A stretch of 63,937 nt of DNA, the filler included, from Basidiobolus meristosporus CBS 931.73 (Eukaryota; Fungi; Basidiobolomycota), in assembly GCA_002104905.1 (NCBI GenBank). It is 4 parts of 4 records of this genome, joined end to end, with 100 filler letters (N's around TTAATTAATTAA, not from the genome) between each part and the next. Parts side by side here need not be neighbours in the genome. Positions count along the whole stretch, not along the records: positions 53,854 to 63,937 come from MCFE01001310.1; 3 more parts are not named here. One strand, given 5' to 3'. This document shows, piece by piece, positions 58,295 through 63,937 of this stretch. How positions within the stretch are numbered: the first letter of the stretch is position 1; each line of letters starts with the position of its first letter. Position numbers and translations under genes: made by a program. The notes beneath the pieces were generated by a model. The model made no database searches. It was not told the DNA's origin and saw only the letters and a program-made list of their open reading frames with translations.

Positions 58295-61200
58295 TGTTGT
58301 AAAAATTTGTATTTCCACCTAAATATTGACCTAACTTAGTCACTTAGATCATCACCTTCAAATCCTAGAAGAATAATGGCCAAATTCTTGTTGGGATTTA
58401 CTTTGAATATTTTCACCACATTACTAGATACCCAGAACATGAAAATTCTCAAAGTTGTCCAAACAGCCCCAAACTTTGCACACATGTTCTTGGGACCTTC
58501 CTTAACCTATTCTATGTGTCTGTAATGCCAAGACCAGGCAAAAGTATAAATACTACTTTTACATTCAATAAATAATTGAGTGAAAAGCACATAATCTACT
58601 TGTTCTCGAAATCACTTTCAATATCTCCAAGACTCTTACAACAGGTTATGAGCCCCAAGCTGTCACTCTCTGCAATGTCTACTACTGCTATTACTGGAAT
58701 TTTTCCTTCTGCTGAAAAGTTGGATGGATCTAACTACCAAGTGTGGAAGGTGAAGAAGAAGATGCTGCTACAAGAAAGAGAACTTTGGGATATTGTCATG
58801 GGAGAAGAATGCCCTCCTAAAAGCATGGGTGAGGAAGCCTTAAAGTACTAGAAGAAAGTGCAAAGTGCCTTTAACTGCATTTGCCTTAATGTTAAAGACA
58901 AATTGCTAATTCAATGCTCAAGTGCAAAAACAACAAAGAATGCCTGGAAGGCATTAGAAGACACCTACCAGTCATGTTCAGCTGCTAAGAAAATGTATCT
59001 GAGACAAAAATTCTTTACTACAACAATGCTGCCAGGAGAAGAAATGAAAAATCTAATTAACAGAATTACCCTGCTGGTAGATGAGATGGAATCTGTGGGT
59101 GTACTAACTACTGATGAGGATGTGATAGTTACCATCCTGAATAGCCTGACAAATGAGTTTTAGGGCCTTGTATCAGCCCTAGAGTCCAGAACCGAAGATT
59201 TGACCTTCAATACGTATATACAAGGCTCCTGGATGAAGAATTAAGAAAATCAGGTGCCAATATGAAGGAAGAAGAAAATGCTTTAATAAGCAATGCTAGC
59301 AAACAAAGGAGGTACCCAAGGCCCTACAAGAGCAACAGCAACCTGTTTTGCAACTACTGCAAAAGGAAAGGACACACATCAGACTGGTGTCTCAAAAAGA
59401 GAGATTATCAGCAAAAGAGGCCTGAATATGGAAATGCTGCAACAACTGAAGATAGACTATTCATATCTGCACTAAATATGATCATAAACAAGGATTCTCA
59501 GATGTGGTATGTTGACTCTGGAGCTTCTCAACACTTTACACACCAAAAAGAACTTTTTACCCAATATCAAGAAATTCCAACTAAGAGGGTTTTCACGGGT
59601 GACAATAGAACACTTGATGCAGTGGGAGAAGGAACTATTCAAGTAAACCTTAGCAGCAGTGAAGGAAGCCATACACTGACCTTTAAAGAAGTACTCTTTG
59701 TACCAGAAATAGCCAAGAACCTACTCTCTGTAAGCAAGGCCACAGCAGAAGGACTCAGTTTCAGTTTGGACAATTCTGGATGCAGGATGACTGATCAAAA
59801 TGGTGCCCATATTGCTTTGGGCATCAGAGATCAGAATCTATACAAGTTGACTTTTATTCCATCATATCTGGAAGCCAATATAAGTAACTTAAATGAAGAA
59901 ACACTAATGCTTTGGCACAGAAGACTTGGGCACATCAATTTTGAATATTTGTGCAAAATGATCAAAGATCAGCTAATTTCTGGAGTGAAAATTAATCCCC
60001 CAGCTAATTTGGAGCACTGTGAAGCATGCATATATGGGGAACAAGCCAGACAACTGCTCAAGAGCTCTGGGTTAATCAAAACTAAGAAAAAATTAGATCT
60101 AACTCACTCAGATCTGTGTGGACCTATGCAAAATTTTTCCTTAGGTGGGATGAAGTATTTAATCACTTTTATTGATGATTATACAAGATACACATGGGTC
60201 TACTTCATGGAGAGAAAGGAAGAAGCTCTATCTAAGCTCAGGGAGTTTAAAGTCATGGTGGAGAGAGAAACTGGTGAAAAAATCAAGAAAATATGCTCTG
60301 ATAATGGTGGAGTATATACCTCAAAACTCTTCATCCACTTCTGCAACATTCATGGGATAAAGCAAGAGACTACTGTACCATACTCCCCACAGCAAAATGG
60401 AGTAGCAGAATGTGCTAACAGGTCAATAATTGATATGGCAAGATCTATGAGCCATGACTAAAAATTATCCAGATCTATGATCCATGATCAAAAACTATCC
60501 TATTATTTTTGGGTGGAATCAGTTACCACTGCCGTATATCTTAAAAATAGGAGTTATAACAGAATACTTTGTGATTCTACTCCATATGGAGCATGGTATG
60601 GATACAGACCAAGTGCAGAACATCTAAGAAAATCTGGGTGTACAGTCTATGCCACAAACCTGGCCGGAAATCAGTCAAAATTTGAGCCAAAAAGTGTAAA
60701 ATGCATATTTTTGGGCTACTGCAATAAGAGTAAGGCATACAGACTCTACAATACCGAAGCAAAGATGCTGATCAAGTCCAGGAATGTGTTGGTTTATGAA
60801 AATTCAAAATTTTCACCAAAAATTACACTAGATGATGACAAAAATTTGATCTCAAGTCCACCAATTGTTAGAATTGAATCAGAGCAAAACAATGAAAATT
60901 TTTTCACTCCTGAGGACTCTACAACTGTGGCTCAGCCAGAATCAGTGCCCAGGAATATCCCAGAAGTGATCATTCCAGTATCAAATGCCCGGAGATCCAA
61001 TCGGACAAGAAATAGCCCAAATTACTATATCAATGAGGGTACAAACTTAGCCTATGCCTATTCAGTCCATATTGATGAACCCCAGACTGTAAAAGAGGCC
61101 CTAAATAGCCCTCAGACAAAGTTTTGGAGATCTGCAATGACTGAGGAATATCAGGCCCTGATGGAAAATCAAACTTGGGACTTAGTCAAATTACCAATCA

Positions 61201-62029
61201 ACCAAAAATCAATTGGATGCAGATGGGTCTTCAAGACAAAATACAAGGCTGATGGTACAATTGAAAGATACAAAGCAAGACTTGTAGCCAAAGGATACTC
61301 TCAAACAAAAGGATTTGACTATACTGAGACCTTTGCACTGGTAGCCAAGTTTAATTCCATCAGATCAATATTGGCAATTGCAGCCAAATATAAGTTTTTT
61401 ATTCATCAAGTGGATGTAAAAACTGCATTTTGAATGGAGAACTTGATGAGGATGTGTATATGGACCAGCCTGATGGGTTTGTTGACCAAGATAACCCCCA
61501 TTCGGTCTGCAAGCTTAAAAAGTCACTATATGGTCTCAAACAATCACCAAGAGCATGGAATTGCAAGATAGATTCTTATTTGGAATCTTTGAGTTTCAAA
61601 AGGAATAATGCTGACTATAGGATATACTATAAGCCAGATAGAGCAAATCCAGCTCTATTAGCTTTATATGTGGATGATCTTATTATAGCCGCCAATAACC
61701 TAGAAACATTGGAAGAGACAAAATCCAGCCTATCTAAGGAGTTCAAGATGTCTGATCTAGGAGAACTCAGTTACTACTTAGGGATTAAGTTCTCCATAGA
61801 CAGAAGTACCCAGACTCTCACCCTAAGCCAATCCAAGTATATTCAAGATATACTAAAGAAGTACAAAATGGAAGACTGTAAACCGGCAGCTACCCCAATG
61901 GAGACGAACCTTAACTTGGTCAAAACTCAACCAAATCAAGAGAGCTTGGTGCCATCTGAAAGCCCTGACTTTCCTTATCAATCTATGGTCAGCAGTCTGA
62001 TGTATATCATGCTTGGAACATGTCCAGAT
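58295..62029 (+). mobile_element. Ty1/copia family 1 with 5' LTR and PBS, disrupted, interrupted in RT by a nested antisense copy
   Basis: LTR 58295-58643, PBS GGTTATGAGCCC at 58644-58655, ORFs 58576-62077 covering gag to RT with stops and frameshifts. Confidence 0.9.
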
Positions 62030-63937
62030 TGTTGTAAGAGTCTTGGAGATATTGGAAGTGATTGGGAGAACAAGTAGATTATGTGGTTTTCACTTAATGA
62101 TTTATTTAATGTAAAAGTAGTATTTATACTTTTACCTGGTCTTGGCATTACAAACACGTAGAATAGGTTAAGGAAGGTCCCAAGAACATGTGTGCAAAGT
62201 TTGGGGCTGTTTGGACAACTTTGAGAATTTTCATGTTCTGGGTACCTGGTATCTTGGTGAAAATATTCTAAGTAAATCCCAACAAGGAATTTGGTCAGTA
62301 TTCTCTAGGATTTGAAGGTGATGATCTAAGTGACTAAGTTAGGTGAATATTTAGGTGGAAATACGAATTTTTACAACACTCCCACTCAGCTAAATGTTCA
62401 TACTGACTAGTCCTAATTTTGACCTAAGATATTCAAACTTGTCTCTAGCTAATGGTTTGGTAAATATGTCTGCAATCATTTCATCTGTAGGACAGTAAAC
62501 TAAGCTAACTAAGTTATTCTCTATAGCTTCACATATGAAATGATGTCTAATATCTATGTGCTTGGTTCTAGCATGAAAAGTTGGATTTCTACCTAATTGT
62601 ATACATCCTTGATTATCTTGAAATAAAGTAATAGGTGTTTTTTGACATAGGCCTAAATCTGTAAAGAGTTTTCTTAACCACATTGCTTCTTTTGTAGCTT
62701 CACAGGCTGCCATATACTCTGCCTCTGTAGAAGAAAGTGCTACGGTTGGTTGCTTTCTTGAATTCCATGAAATTGCTCCTTTGCAGTAAAGAAAGGTGTA
62801 TCCTGTGGTGGATCTTCTGTCTTCCAAATTTTGTCCCCAATCTGCATCAGAGTATCCCACAAGATCTTGTTCTGAGTCCTTATAAGTGTATCTTAAGCAA
62901 ATATCAGCAGTTCCTTTTAGGTATCTAAAAATCCGCTTAACTGCTGCTATATGATCAGATCCATAGCTCTGATTATGTTGGCTGACAACTCCCACTGAAT
63001 ATGAGATATCTGGACGTGTTCCAAGCATGATATACATCAGACTGCCGACCATAGATTGATAAGGAAAGTCAGGGCTTTCAGATGGCACCAAGCTCTCTTG
63101 ATTTGGTTGAGTTTTGACCAAGTTAAGGTTTGTCTCCATTGGGGTAGCTGCCGGTTTACAGTCTTCCATTTTGTACTTCTTTAGTATATCTTGAATATAC
63201 TTGGATTGGCTTAGGGTGGAGTCTGGGTACTTCTGTCTATGGAGAACTTAATCCCTAAGTAGTAACTGAGTTCTCCTAGATCAGACATCTTGAACTCCTT
63301 AGATAGGCTGGATTTAGTCTCTTCCAATGTTTCTAGGTTATTGGCGGCTATAATAAGATCATCCACATATAAAGCTAATAGAGCTGGATTTGCTCTATCT
63401 GGCTTATAGTATATACTATAGTCAGCATTACTCCTTTTGAAACTCAAAGATTCCAAATAAGAATCTATCTTGCAATTCCAGGCTCTTGGTGATTGTTTGA
63501 GACCATATAGTGACTTTTTAAGCTTGCAGACCAAATGGGGGTTATCTTGGTCAACAAACCCATCAGGCTGGTCCATATACACATCCTCATCAAGTTCTCC
63601 ATTCAAAAATGCAGTTTTTACATCCATCTTGATGAATAAAAAACTTATATTTGGCTGCAATAGCCAATATTAATCTGATGGAATTAAACTTGGCTACCGG
63701 TGCAAAGGTCTCAGTATAGTCAAGTCCTTTTGTTTGAGAGTATCCTTTGGCTACAAGTCTTGCTTTGTATCTTTCAATTGTACCATCAGCCTTGTATTTT
63801 GTCTTGAAGACCCATCTGCATCCAATTGATTTTTGGTTGATTGGTAATTTGACTAAGTCCCAAGTTTGATTTTCCATCAGGGCCTGATATTCCTCAGTCA
63901 TTGCAGATCTCCAAAACTTTGTCTGAGGGCTATTTAG
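62030..63937 (-). mobile_element. Ty1/copia family 1, 3' part (RT, RNase H, PPT, 3' LTR 62030-62378), running off the window
   Basis: ORFs 62390..63169, 63211..63660 and 63590..63901 are nearly identical to 5686..7737 and separated by two single-base frameshifts. PPT complement at 62379-62387. Confidence 0.9.

Noticed and set aside
63200-63650. Programmed frameshifts in the terminal copia pol
   Set aside because: Two single-base indels absent from the 5686-7737 copy and near the window end; mutation or sequencing error is more likely.
1-63937. CRISPR arrays, rRNA, tRNA or prokaryotic operons
   Set aside because: No regularly spaced repeat-spacer arrays or recognisable structural RNA genes were seen; the content is eukaryotic transposon DNA.

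Overview
Repeat-dominated eukaryotic DNA with TTAGGG telomeres; the host is not identifiable here, although a fungus-like lineage is plausible. The window is four separate contigs (1-19992, 20093-36345, 36446-53753, 53854-63937) joined by artificial 100-bp N/TTAATTAATTAA/N linkers. Contig 1 is a chromosome end. It holds Ty1/copia debris, a CpG-rich island with two convergent paralogous type-II membrane proteins carrying a GT-D/DUF1792-like 'F(A)FTRWGDGE' motif, and a copia copy broken off at 14770. That break is followed by a ~5-kb head-to-tail array of five 5'-truncated retroelement units capped by ~37 TTAGGG repeats. The array is the main discovery. Two units encode a LINE-type reverse transcriptase, two carry an unrelated ORF1-like coding sequence, and one is a short third type. 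All five end in the same double stem-loop plus oligo-C 3' module instead of poly(A), point their 3' ends toward the centromere, and are mostly joined through a single TTAGGG. This looks like a multipartite telomere-elongating retroelement system reminiscent of HeT-A/TART or Terminons. Contigs 2-4 contain one intact Ty3/gypsy element (identical LTRs, 4-bp TSD), many decayed gypsy and copia copies, CACTA-like transposase pseudogenes, an unclassified repeated ORF family and solo LTRs. All alignments and counts were done by eye; no database searches were run.
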